A DNA stretch of 64,000 bases, taken from an uncultured Candidatus Saccharibacteria bacterium. Lineage in GTDB: Bacteria; Patescibacteriota; Minisyncoccia; GWC2-36-17; WO2-46-25. Shown here piece after piece: positions 1-8,701 of the stretch. The notes under the pieces are model-generated. The model made no database searches, was not told the DNA's origin, and saw only the letters and a program-made list of their open reading frames with translations. The position numbers were made by a program, and so were the translations under genes. Where the stretch lies: assembly GCA_964359755.1 (NCBI GenBank), contig CAYHUB010000002.1, forward strand, positions 924 to 64,923, read 5' to 3'. Each line of letters starts with the position of its first letter. The stretch's first letter is position 1.

Positions 1-890
1 TCGGAGAGACCCGCTTCCATCATCTCTTTATCGAGGTGTATCATGATGTCGTGGTTGCTCTTGTGCAGGGGGTGCAGATGAACGCCCTGATACAACGAAC
101 GCTCTTTTTCAAGAAGATTTTGCAAGAACTCCTCCGCATCATACTTTTTGAACGCGAGATGCTTGGGATTGAACTGCGTGTAATCAAGAACGTTTTGCGT
201 TACCCGTTCGAGCTTCATGATATCTTCAAATATCATCGAAGCTCTTTTCCTGCCTGTGCCGCTGAGCGAATCATCGTCTTTAAGATGTTGTGCGTGGCCT
301 CCGCTGCTCGTAAGCGCATTTCGTGTTACATGCGCGATTTGCGAATATCGCTGTCCGAGGATCGACACCAGTTTTTTTTGCACGGCATCATCTTTTTCTT
401 GTGCATTTCCGTGCGCATGCGCGATTGCGCCTGCGACGAAATCACTAACAATCCCCGCTGTTCGTGTGGTTTCAGCTGATATTTCGAGCGTTGATGTAAA
501 GTCAAAAACCATGATTCCCAGCGGCTTCTCTTCTTTCAAAAGAGGAGCGAAGACGATTGAGGTAATGCTGCGGTACGCCACATGTTCTTTCAGGTGCGGT
601 GTTCGCGGATCGCGCGCGGGATCGTGTACGTGCACCACGCAACGATCCTTATGCATAACATTTTTTAAGAAGTCGGCGTGCTTTCCGACGACCTCTTGTC
701 CGACGCTGTGGCCTTCTTTCGGGTATCCTGCGTGCAGGACCAACCGGTTGTTTTTCACGGGAAGCACAATGCAACAGCGCGAGCTTCCCACGACCTTCGC
801 TCCTTTTTCCACTGCGATGTGCAGTGCGTCTGGAAGCAGTTTTTTGAGCATTTCATCCACCATTTCCGCAAACGCAATCAACTTTTTCAT
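1..890 (-). CDS. GAF-domain sensor protein, N-terminal part (gene continues past window start)
   Basis: Reverse-strand ATG at 888-890 preceded by GGAGGGAG. By-eye translation MKKLIAFAEMVDEMLKKLLPDALHIAVEKGAKVVGSS... has a GAF-like core then a histidine-kinase-like region. The frame stays open to position 1, which explains why no complete minus ORF is in the track. The plus-strand ORFs here are Arg/Cys-rich antisense artefacts. Confidence 0.5.
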   Translation of the reverse strand, partial: MKKLIAFAEMVDEMLKKLLPDALHIAVEKGAKVVGSSRCCIVLPVKNNRLVLHAGYPKEGHSVGQEVVGKHADFLKNVMHKDRCVVHVHDPARDPRTPHLKEHVAYRSITSIVFAPLLKEEKPLGIMVFDFTSTLEISAETTRTAGIVSDFVAGAIAHAHGNAQEKDDAVQKKLVSILGQRYSQIAHVTRNALTSSGGHAQHLKDDDSLSGTGRKRASMIFEDIMKLERVTQNVLDYTQFNPKHLAFKKYDAEEFLQNLLEKERSLYQGVHLHPLHKSNHDIMIHLDKEMMEAGLS

Positions 891-975
891 GACTCCCTCC
901 TTTTTATATTCTATTGTTTAATGTGCGTCGTTTTTGAATAGACTTATTGTACGCTATTTTTTTGAATCGGTCAAC

Positions 976-1073
976 CCCGTTAGAAGTCTTACATTCATCG
1001 ATTCGTCGCTCTGATTATTGATGCGAAGATGGTAATAATTTTAAAAGTTTCACTTATAAGACTTCTAACGGGG
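976..1073. repeat. Intergenic segment bracketed by 12-bp inverted repeat CCCGTTAGAAGT / ACTTCTAACGGG
   Basis: cccgttagaagtc at 977-989 and agacttctaacggg at 1059-1072 flank about 70 bp of AT-rich DNA just upstream of ileS. The same IR arms recur at 8576-8699. Confidence 0.6.
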
Positions 1074-1123
1074 TCAAGCGTATTTTCTTGATAGTTTCTG
1101 CATTTTCGAGTACTATTTCCTGT

Positions 1124-4100
1124 ATGGAACAAGAAAAAGAAGGGCAAAAATCTCAGCTTGCGCGCATGGAAGAGGAGGTTCTTGCATGGTGGGAAGAAAA
1201 AAAAGTATTCAAGCAGGTTCTCGCAAAACGAAAGAAAGGAAAACTTTTCGTATTTTACGAAGGCCCGCCGACGGCAAACGGCATGCCGCATCCCGGGCAT
1301 GTGATGGGGCGGTGTTTTAAGGATCTTTTTTTGCGGTATAAATCGATGCAGGGGTATTTTGTTCCGCGGCACGCGGGGTGGGATACGCACGGTCTGCCGG
1401 TAGAGATCGAAATAGAAAAAAAGCTCGGTATCGCGAAAAAAGCGGACATCGAGAAATTCGGCATCGGGGAATTCAACCGGTTGTGCAAAGAATCGGTGTG
1501 GAACTATAAAGACGAATGGGAAAAGATGACCCATCGCATCGGGTTTTGGCTTGATATGGATCACCCGTACATCACCTATGACGCGAAGTACATGGAAACG
1601 TTGTGGTGGATCATTGCGCGCATATTTGAAAAAGGGCTGTTGGTGGAGGATTACAAGGTGATGCCGTATTGCGCGCGGTGTGGCACCGGCCTTTCGTCGC
1701 ATGAGCTCGCGCAAGGGTATAAGACGGTGAAAGACAAGTCGGTGTATGTGAAGTTTCCTTTGGTGCGTCATGCGCCCGAAGAGCGTGTGTACGAAAAAGC
1801 AAAACACAAAACAGTGTTTGACGAACATGACGACCCATCGGTGCGCGAATATTTTTTGGTATGGACGACGACGCCCTGGACGCTTCCCGCGAACGTCGCG
1901 CTTGCGGTTCACCCTGATATTACCTATGTAAAAGCAAAAAAAGAAAACGAAGTGCTTATCGTGGCGCGCGATCGTATGCAGGTGCTTGGTGAGGGATGGG
2001 AGATCATGAAGACGATGAAGGGAAAAGAGCTTCTCGGCGAGCGATACGAACAATTATTCACATTTCTTACGCCCGACAAAGACGCGTTTTTTATCGTTGC
2101 GGGTGATTTTGTTTCTGCGGCAGACGGATCGGGGATCGTGCATCTTGCGCCCGCATACGGAGAGGATGATATGGTGATGGCAAAAAAATATGATCTCCCG
2201 GTGTTGCATCCGGTACAGGAAAATGGGGAATTTGCCGCGCCAATCCCGTGGAGAGGGATGTTTGTAAAAAACACCGATGAAGCGATCGTAACTGATCTCA
2301 AAGAGAGAGGGCTTTTCTTTAAAGAGGAAACATACGAACACGAATATCCGTTTTGCTGGCGGTGCGACACGCCCATTTTGTATTATGCGCGGAAATCGTG
2401 GTTCATTACGATGTCCGGCTTGCGGGAGAAATTGATCGAAAATAATAAAAAGGTCAATTGGGTTCCTGCTCATACAAAGGAGGGGCGGTTCGGCGAATGG
2501 CTTGCGCAGGCAAAGGACTGGGCATTTTCCCGCGAGCGGTATTGGGGAACCCCCCTGCCGGTATGGCGGTGCGACGGGTGCGGGAAGATAGAAGCGGTGG
2601 GGAGCGTCGCCGAGCTTGGCGAACGCTCACAGTTGAAGAATCGGTATGTTGCGATGCGCCACGGGCAAGCACTGTTCAATGCAAAACGCGTCGCGGAAAC
2701 ATCGGGGAGAGCGGAAAATCATCTTACGAAAAAAGGAATTCAGGAAAGCAAAGCGTCGCTCGCGCGTTTTACCAAAAAGAATAAAGGAGTTGTCCCTGAT
2801 ATCATCATTACTTCGCCATTTCCGCGTACGCAGGAAACGGCGCACATTACGGCGGAATATTTCGGTATCGCGCCCGAGCGCATCATCACGGACGCGGCGA
2901 TCGCGGAGATTGAGATAGGTGTATTTGACGGCAGGCCGGTGAAAGAATATCACGCGTATTTTTCTTCGTACGAGGAAATGTTTGAAAAACGCCCGCCTGA
3001 GGGCAAGAGCCTGACTGATCTGCGTGTGCGCATGACCGCGTTTTTGAGGCGCATAGAAGAAAAATATGAAGGGAAAACCATTTTTATCATCAGTCATGAG
3101 TATGCGGTGTGGATGTTGGAAACGGCATTGCTCGGATATGACCTTGCAGAAACCGTCGTGGCAAAAAAGAAAAAAGGAGACGATTATATAGCGACCGGGG
3201 AGATCCGCGCATTGCCGAGCGCGCGCTTACCCCTTGATGAAAAAGGATTTTTAGATCTGCATAAACCGCATATTGATGCCATCACCTTTGCGTGCCGAGC
3301 ATGCGAGAAGGGGATAATGAGGCGCGTGCCCGAGGTGTGCGATGTGTGGTTTGATTCCGGCGCGATGCCGTTTGCGCAGGCGCACTTTCCGTTCGCGCAA
3401 GACAGCAAAAAAGCCGGCGCGCAAAAAAGCATCGCACAGCGCATGAAGCAGATCCCGTACCCCGCCGATTTTATCACCGAGGGCGTGGACCAGACGCGCG
3501 GGTGGTTTTATACGCTTCTTGCGGTTGCGACCGCGCTTGACACCGGAATCCCGTATCGCACCGTGGTGTCGCAGGGGCATATTTTGGACAAGCACGGGAA
3601 AAAAATGTCCAAGTCGAAAAAGAATTATACCGATCCGCTTGCAATCGCGGATGCATACGGTATTGATGCGCTCCGGTGGTATTTTTTCGTGGTGAACCCG
3701 GTGGGGGAGCCGAAGCGGTTTGATGAAAAGGACGTGCTTGATGCTCAGCGCAAATCGGTCATGATGCTTATCAATGTCGGTAATTTTCTTAAATCATATG
3801 CGTATGCCGGGCGATTGCCGGCAAAACTTCCGCCGGTGAAAAACTTGCTCGACCGGTGGATCATTTCCCGCATGAACCATACGATTGCCGCAGTGACGGA
3901 AGCCATGGACGCGTATGACGCGCAAACCGCGGGGCGCCATCTTGCGGCGCTTCTCGACGATGTTTCGAATTGGTATATCCGCCGCTCGCGGGAGCGATTC
4001 CAGCTCGCTGAAGACGCACGCGATCATAAGGCCGCAAGCGCGGTGCTTCGCATGGTGTTTGAGCAGACGCTGGTTCTTGCATCACCGTTCATTCCATTCA

Positions 4101-4693
4101 CAACAGAAAAGCTATGGCTGAATATGGGTAAAAAAACAAGCATTCATCTTGAAAAGTATCCGTCTTCGGATAAAAAACGAATTGATAAGAAGCTTGAGTA
4201 TGCTATGATGCATATACGAGAAGCGGCGAGTATGGCGCTTAAAGCGAGAGCGGATGCGCGCATAAAGGTGCGACAGCCGCTGGGAATGCTAACAATCAGC
4301 GGGAAAACGTTTGCAGTCGCAAAAAAGGAACTTCTTCGTCTTCTCAAAGACGAAGTGAACGTGAAAGAGGTTGTCGTGGACGGTGCGCTTGCCGAGGGTA
4401 TCCAACTTGATACGACTATTACACCCGCATTACAAGAAGAAGGAATGATGCGGGAGATCACGCGACACATCCAGCAGGCGCGCAAAGATGACGGACTTAC
4501 GAAACAAGACAGCGTTATTCTCCGTTGTGCCGTTGAGGGAAACGCACGACGCGCGTTTGAAACAGGGAGCGGGCGATTACTGCAGAGGGTTGTCGCGCGC
4601 AACATAGAGTATGTTATGCGGGAAGCCATGAAGAGTCCCCGTGAGATCGAAGGGGAAAATTATCATGTGTGGTTTGAAATACAAAAAATATGA
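1124..4693 (+). CDS. ileS: Isoleucyl-tRNA synthetase (type 2) with an inserted histidine-phosphatase-like domain
   Basis: Class I aaRS motifs are present: P-T-A-N-G-M-P-H-P-G-H (HIGH region), KMSKS, zinc knuckles WRCDGCG and CRACEKG. I placed the start at MEQEKEG (1124) by alignment to EEEVLAWW-type N-termini; the track ORF starts at 1088. TGA stop overlaps the recO start. Confidence 0.9.
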   Translation: MEQEKEGQKSQLARMEEEVLAWWEEKKVFKQVLAKRKKGKLFVFYEGPPTANGMPHPGHVMGRCFKDLFLRYKSMQGYFVPRHAGWDTHGLPVEIEIEKKLGIAKKADIEKFGIGEFNRLCKESVWNYKDEWEKMTHRIGFWLDMDHPYITYDAKYMETLWWIIARIFEKGLLVEDYKVMPYCARCGTGLSSHELAQGYKTVKDKSVYVKFPLVRHAPEERVYEKAKHKTVFDEHDDPSVREYFLVWTTTPWTLPANVALAVHPDITYVKAKKENEVLIVARDRMQVLGEGWEIMKTMKGKELLGERYEQLFTFLTPDKDAFFIVAGDFVSAADGSGIVHLAPAYGEDDMVMAKKYDLPVLHPVQENGEFAAPIPWRGMFVKNTDEAIVTDLKERGLFFKEETYEHEYPFCWRCDTPILYYARKSWFITMSGLREKLIENNKKVNWVPAHTKEGRFGEWLAQAKDWAFSRERYWGTPLPVWRCDGCGKIEAVGSVAELGERSQLKNRYVAMRHGQALFNAKRVAETSGRAENHLTKKGIQESKASLARFTKKNKGVVPDIIITSPFPRTQETAHITAEYFGIAPERIITDAAIAEIEIGVFDGRPVKEYHAYFSSYEEMFEKRPPEGKSLTDLRVRMTAFLRRIEEKYEGKTIFIISHEYAVWMLETALLGYDLAETVVAKKKKGDDYIATGEIRALPSARLPLDEKGFLDLHKPHIDAITFACRACEKGIMRRVPEVCDVWFDSGAMPFAQAHFPFAQDSKKAGAQKSIAQRMKQIPYPADFITEGVDQTRGWFYTLLAVATALDTGIPYRTVVSQGHILDKHGKKMSKSKKNYTDPLAIADAYGIDALRWYFFVVNPVGEPKRFDEKDVLDAQRKSVMMLINVGNFLKSYAYAGRLPAKLPPVKNLLDRWIISRMNHTIAAVTEAMDAYDAQTAGRHLAALLDDVSNWYIRRSRERFQLAEDARDHKAASAVLRMVFEQTLVLASPFIPFTTEKLWLNMGKKTSIHLEKYPSSDKKRIDKKLEYAMMHIREAASMALKARADARIKVRQPLGMLTISGKTFAVAKKELLRLLKDEVNVKEVVVDGALAEGIQLDTTITPALQEEGMMREITRHIQQARKDDGLTKQDSVILRCAVEGNARRAFETGSGRLLQRVVARNIEYVMREAMKSPREIEGENYHVWFEIQKI

Positions 4694-5271
4694 GTCAGCG
4701 GTCTACGATTGCCCTTGTGGTAAAAAGAAAAAACAAAGGAGAGCACGATCAGCTGCTTACGCTGTTTACGAAGCGATACGGAAAGATCGAGTTTATATGC
4801 CGCGGAATCCGGAAAAAAGAAGCAAAGCTTGCCGGGCACTTGGGGTTGTTGTGTCTTTCAGACGTGAGTTTCGTGCTGGGGAAACACACCAAGGTGCTTA
4901 CCTCCGCGTGCAATCGCGAACATTTTGCCGCGATCAAAAAAGATCTTTTGAAGCTGAAGGCGGCGCAGCGCATTATGAAGCTTCTTGACGCGTACACGAT
5001 CACGGAGGAAAAGGACGAAGCGATCTTTAACCTTGTCGTCGGCGCGCTTGATTATTTGAATCGGCGGGAGATGACAACGCTTGAGCTGAAATTCTTCCTC
5101 CGTTATTTTGAATTTAAATTTTTAAGCGTGCTAGGATATGAGCCGGAGGACAAGACGATCATGCGGGCGTTCGGCAATCAGCATATCGCGCTTTCTGAGG
5201 ATGACCTGGACACGATGGAAGAGGTCTTTGACCGTCATTTTAAAGATATTTACGGAGCAGTGAACATATAA
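4690..5271 (+). CDS. recO: DNA repair protein RecO
   Basis: 193 aa. The N-terminal OB region (VVKRKNKGEHDQLLTLFTKRYGKIEF) and the LGYEP motif are typical of RecO. 4-bp ATGA overlap with ileS. Confidence 0.7.
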   Translation: MSQRSTIALVVKRKNKGEHDQLLTLFTKRYGKIEFICRGIRKKEAKLAGHLGLLCLSDVSFVLGKHTKVLTSACNREHFAAIKKDLLKLKAAQRIMKLLDAYTITEEKDEAIFNLVVGALDYLNRREMTTLELKFFLRYFEFKFLSVLGYEPEDKTIMRAFGNQHIALSEDDLDTMEEVFDRHFKDIYGAVNI

Positions 5272-5274
5272 ACT

Positions 5275-7161
5275 ATGGACAGTCGTTTAGAAGAATTTGA
5301 AAAAAAACTATATACCCGGAAAGAGGATGAGACGGTGAAGCAGAAAGGGTATGAGGTATATAAAGAAGAAGACGCTACGCAGATGCAGGGCAGATGGGAA
5401 AAGAGCGAGCCGGCTTCTTTGTCTCTGGGAGCAAGAAAAATACGCGTTATGCCGATCCTTGCGGCGGCGTTTTTTGCGCTTATGATAAGCGGGGGGTATT
5501 ATCTTTTCACGCGCGAACAGCCGTTTGACGCACAAAGCGTGTACGGCGAGATATCCGGTCCGGAGCGCGTATCGTCGGGCGATGAAGTGTCGTATACGAT
5601 TACGTATCGGAACAATACAAATGTCGCGCTACGAGGGGGAAGCATGGTGTTTACATGGCCGGAAGACTCGGTGGCGCTTGATGAGGGCGACGCAGCGGCA
5701 AGGGAGGTAAGGGAGGAGATAGGCATGATCGTTCCGGGACAAGAAAAAAGTGCGACCTTTAAAAGAAGAATATATGGGATGAAGGATGAGCAAAAAGAGG
5801 TTTCTGCGGTGTTTCGGTATACGCCCGAGAATGTTGCGAAAGAGATCGAGGATAAAAAAACAAAGGCGCTCATGATCGTAGCAACGCCGCTCGCGCTTAT
5901 CATTCAAGCACCCGGGCAAGCGGTTTCCGATAAGGAGATCGAAATCGCCGTGGAGTATCAGAATCAGTCCGATGCGTCTTTTCCCGACATGGAGTTGCGT
6001 GCGGTATATCCGAAAGATTTTACCTTTGTGTCCGCCGATCCGGCTCCTTCATCAGAAAATAATGTGTGGAAGATCGGTGATATTGAAGGGAGAGAGAGCG
6101 GAACAATAAAAATAAAAGGAAGCTTCTTTGGCGCGCAGGGAGAGACGAAATCAGTGTATATGGAGCTTGGTGTTAAGGGGGATAATAACGCGTTCATGCA
6201 ATATGCCCGTGCAGACAGCACGGTGGCCATTGCGTCATCGGCACTATTCGTTTTTTTAACAGCCAATGATTCGCGTGATTATGCCGCAAATCCCGGGGGA
6301 TCCGTTCAATTCAAAGTACATTACAAAAACACCACGAATGTGCAGATCCCGAATGTCACGATATTGGCGAATATTGATAAGACATATATAGAGATAAAAA
6401 CGCTGTCCGTGCAGTGGGGAGTGATTGACGGAAGGACGAATTCGATCATCTGGAACCCAGTCAGCGTTCCGGAGCTTGCGGTGCTTGACCCGAAGGAAGA
6501 AGGAGTCGTGTCGTTTTCCGCAGCATTAAAAACCGGATTTTTACCGAAGAATTTTTCAGATAAAAACTTGACCGTTGTTGCGCGTACGCGCATTACTGCC
6601 GCAACATCGCCCGAGAGTTTGAGCGGTTTGCCGCTTGAAAGCAAAGACGAGGTCAGCGTGAAAATAAATACGCAATTCTCGTTCAATGAAAAAGCGTATT
6701 TCCAGGACGGACTTCTCCAGAACACCGGTCCATTTCCTCCAACGGTTGGCCAACGGACGACCGTTGGGATATCATGGCAGTTATCAAGTACTATCAACGA
6801 CGTTGATGAAGTTGAGGTGACTGCGGTAGTGCCGCCGAACGTCGAATGGACGGGAAATGTGTATCCTCAGGATGCAAGTATAACGTATGATCTCGACCGA
6901 GGGGTAATCCGATGGAAGCCGGCGAGGGTGTTTGCGGGCACCGGCATCCTTCTTTCTCCTTTGCGCGTTGATTTTCAGCTTGCGTTCACGCCCGCGGACG
7001 CGCATATAGGGCAGGTGATTAATTTAATATCCGGCGCAACGCTCAAAGCGGTGGACGCATTTACCGGAACGCAGATGGACCGGCAAGTGTCTCCGGTCAA
7101 TACGGATCTGTTAAATTCCATGAAAAGAGAACAAGGAAGAGTTATTGGAACGGGTTTTTAG
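5275..7161 (+). CDS. Membrane-anchored hypothetical protein with repeated beta-sandwich (DUF11/CARDB-like) domains
   Basis: 628 aa. One N-terminal TM segment (VMPILAAAFFALMISGGYYLF) followed by several roughly 110-aa repeats rich in T/S/N/V. No catalytic motif is visible. Confidence 0.4.
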   Translation: MDSRLEEFEKKLYTRKEDETVKQKGYEVYKEEDATQMQGRWEKSEPASLSLGARKIRVMPILAAAFFALMISGGYYLFTREQPFDAQSVYGEISGPERVSSGDEVSYTITYRNNTNVALRGGSMVFTWPEDSVALDEGDAAAREVREEIGMIVPGQEKSATFKRRIYGMKDEQKEVSAVFRYTPENVAKEIEDKKTKALMIVATPLALIIQAPGQAVSDKEIEIAVEYQNQSDASFPDMELRAVYPKDFTFVSADPAPSSENNVWKIGDIEGRESGTIKIKGSFFGAQGETKSVYMELGVKGDNNAFMQYARADSTVAIASSALFVFLTANDSRDYAANPGGSVQFKVHYKNTTNVQIPNVTILANIDKTYIEIKTLSVQWGVIDGRTNSIIWNPVSVPELAVLDPKEEGVVSFSAALKTGFLPKNFSDKNLTVVARTRITAATSPESLSGLPLESKDEVSVKINTQFSFNEKAYFQDGLLQNTGPFPPTVGQRTTVGISWQLSSTINDVDEVEVTAVVPPNVEWTGNVYPQDASITYDLDRGVIRWKPARVFAGTGILLSPLRVDFQLAFTPADAHIGQVINLISGATLKAVDAFTGTQMDRQVSPVNTDLLNSMKREQGRVIGTGF

Positions 7162-8584
7162 CAAGAAAATGGCGGTACAAAAAATGGAAGAGCAAATAAC
7201 ACTGGAAGATATTGTTTCGTTGTGCAAACGCAGAGGATTCGTATATCCGTCGTCTGACATCTATGGCGGGTTTGCCGGCGTGTATGATTACGGGCACTAC
7301 GGTATTTTATTGAAAAATAATATCCAGGCGGCGTGGTGGCGGCACATGGTGCAGCTGCGCGATGATGTGTACGGACTCGATAGCGCTATTTTTATGCACC
7401 CCACAACATGGGTGGCATCCGGGCATGTGGGGGGGTTCAATGATCCCCAGGTGGACTGCAGGAAGTGCAAGAATCGCATGCGCGCGGATCACCTCCTTGA
7501 AGCGTTTGGCATCAACGCCGACAAGGCGACGATTGAATACATCAATGCCGAGCTCGACCGACTGAGGGAAAAAAAGGAACTGAAATGCGCGACGTGCGGC
7601 TCTTCTGATCTGACACAGGCCCGGGTCTTTTCGCTCATGGTGAAATCAAATCTCGGTTCTCCCACCGAGGAGCTGACCGACGAGAACGCGGTATATTTGC
7701 GCCCCGAAACGTGCGGTGGCATTTATTTGGAATATAAAAACACCATTGATTCCCTGCATCCGAAACTGCCGTTCGGTATCGCGCAGGTTGGCAAAGCATT
7801 TCGCAACGAAATCGTCGCGCGCCAGTTTGTGTTCCGCACACGGGAGTTCGAACAAATGGAAATGCAATATTTTCTGCATCCGGATGATATGAAAAAAAGC
7901 TACGAGATGTGGAAGCAGGAACGATGGCAGTGGTATGTGGCATACGGGATCCCGAAAGAAAAGATACGGTGGTATCAGCACGAAAAGCTCGCGCACTATG
8001 CGTCGGAGGCGTACGACATCGAGTTTTCGTTCTCGTCGCTCGGAGGCTTTAAAGAAGTGGAGGGCATTCATGCGCGCGGCGACTGGGACTTGTCGCAGCA
8101 CGCGAAATATTCCGGCGTTGACCTGTCGTATACGGATGAAGCTACCAAACAAACATTCATCCCGCATATTATGGAAACATCCGTCGGGCTGGGGCGGCTG
8201 TTTTTGATGTTTCTTGATCATGCCTACACCCAGGAAGAGGTGAACGGGGAAACACGGACGGTACTGAAGCTCGATAAACGGCTGGCTCCCGTGAAAGTTG
8301 CGGTGTTCCCGCTGTTGCGCAACAAGCCGGAGCTCGTGCAAAAAGCCCGCGCCGTGTATGATATACTCAAAGGCGTTTTTATGTGCGAGTTCGATGACAA
8401 CGGCAACATCGGCAAACGATACCGGAGACAGGACGAGATCGGTACGCCGTGGTGCCTTACTATTGATTTTCAGACGCTTGAGGATGGCACGATCACGGTG
8501 CGCGACCGCGACACGCTCGCGCAGGAGCGCGTGGCAATCGCCAGCTGTGCCGCATACTTACAAGAAAAATATGAATCCCGTTAG
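7145..8584 (+). CDS. glyQS: Glycyl-tRNA synthetase (dimeric class II, GlyQS type)
   Basis: Motifs RRGFVYPSSDIYGG and WVASGHVGGFNDPQVDC are present, and the 479-aa size fits GlyQS. The track start is TTG at 7145 with AAGGAAGAG 6 nt upstream. Alternative ATG starts lie at 7169 and 7184. Confidence 0.85.
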   Translation: MERVFSKKMAVQKMEEQITLEDIVSLCKRRGFVYPSSDIYGGFAGVYDYGHYGILLKNNIQAAWWRHMVQLRDDVYGLDSAIFMHPTTWVASGHVGGFNDPQVDCRKCKNRMRADHLLEAFGINADKATIEYINAELDRLREKKELKCATCGSSDLTQARVFSLMVKSNLGSPTEELTDENAVYLRPETCGGIYLEYKNTIDSLHPKLPFGIAQVGKAFRNEIVARQFVFRTREFEQMEMQYFLHPDDMKKSYEMWKQERWQWYVAYGIPKEKIRWYQHEKLAHYASEAYDIEFSFSSLGGFKEVEGIHARGDWDLSQHAKYSGVDLSYTDEATKQTFIPHIMETSVGLGRLFLMFLDHAYTQEEVNGETRTVLKLDKRLAPVKVAVFPLLRNKPELVQKARAVYDILKGVFMCEFDDNGNIGKRYRRQDEIGTPWCLTIDFQTLEDGTITVRDRDTLAQERVAIASCAAYLQEKYESR

Positions 8585-8699
8585 AAGTCCTTGGCATAAA
8601 ATTTCTTAGAAATTTTATGTGAGACGGTAACAAGGGGAAATACGCGAAACATTATTTACTTTTATGACAATGATAATACTAAAATACGAACTTCTAACG
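8576..8699. repeat. Intergenic segment bracketed by 12-bp inverted repeat CCCGTTAGAAGT / ACTTCTAACGGG (second copy)
   Basis: cccgttagaagtcc at 8576-8589 contains the glyQS TAG stop. gaacttctaacggg at 8686-8699 abuts the ATG of the M16 peptidase. The interior holds a perfect 12-bp palindrome cataaaatttct/agaaattttatg. Confidence 0.6.
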
Positions 8700-8701
8700 G
8701 G

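Noticed and set aside
36-941. Plus-strand ORFs 36-479, 217-921 and 678-941
   Set aside because: They are Arg/Cys/Ser-rich with low-complexity composition and no SD. They lie antisense to a well-formed minus-strand GAF-sensor gene that has an SD and stays open to the window edge. Treated as antisense artefacts.
995-2053. 352-aa minus-strand ORF overlapping ileS (similar long antisense ORFs overlap gyrA, the giant surface gene, uvrB and elp3)
   Set aside because: Antisense to genes with unmistakable conserved motifs. Arg/His/Phe-rich junk composition. No start signals.
2620-3250. Possibility that the IleRS insert is an intein or a frameshifted separate gene
   Set aside because: There is no Cys/Ser at an N-terminal splice junction, no C-terminal HN, and no homing-endonuclease motifs. 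The frame is continuous and both flanks are canonical IleRS. The insert carries RHG and SHE phosphatase motifs instead.
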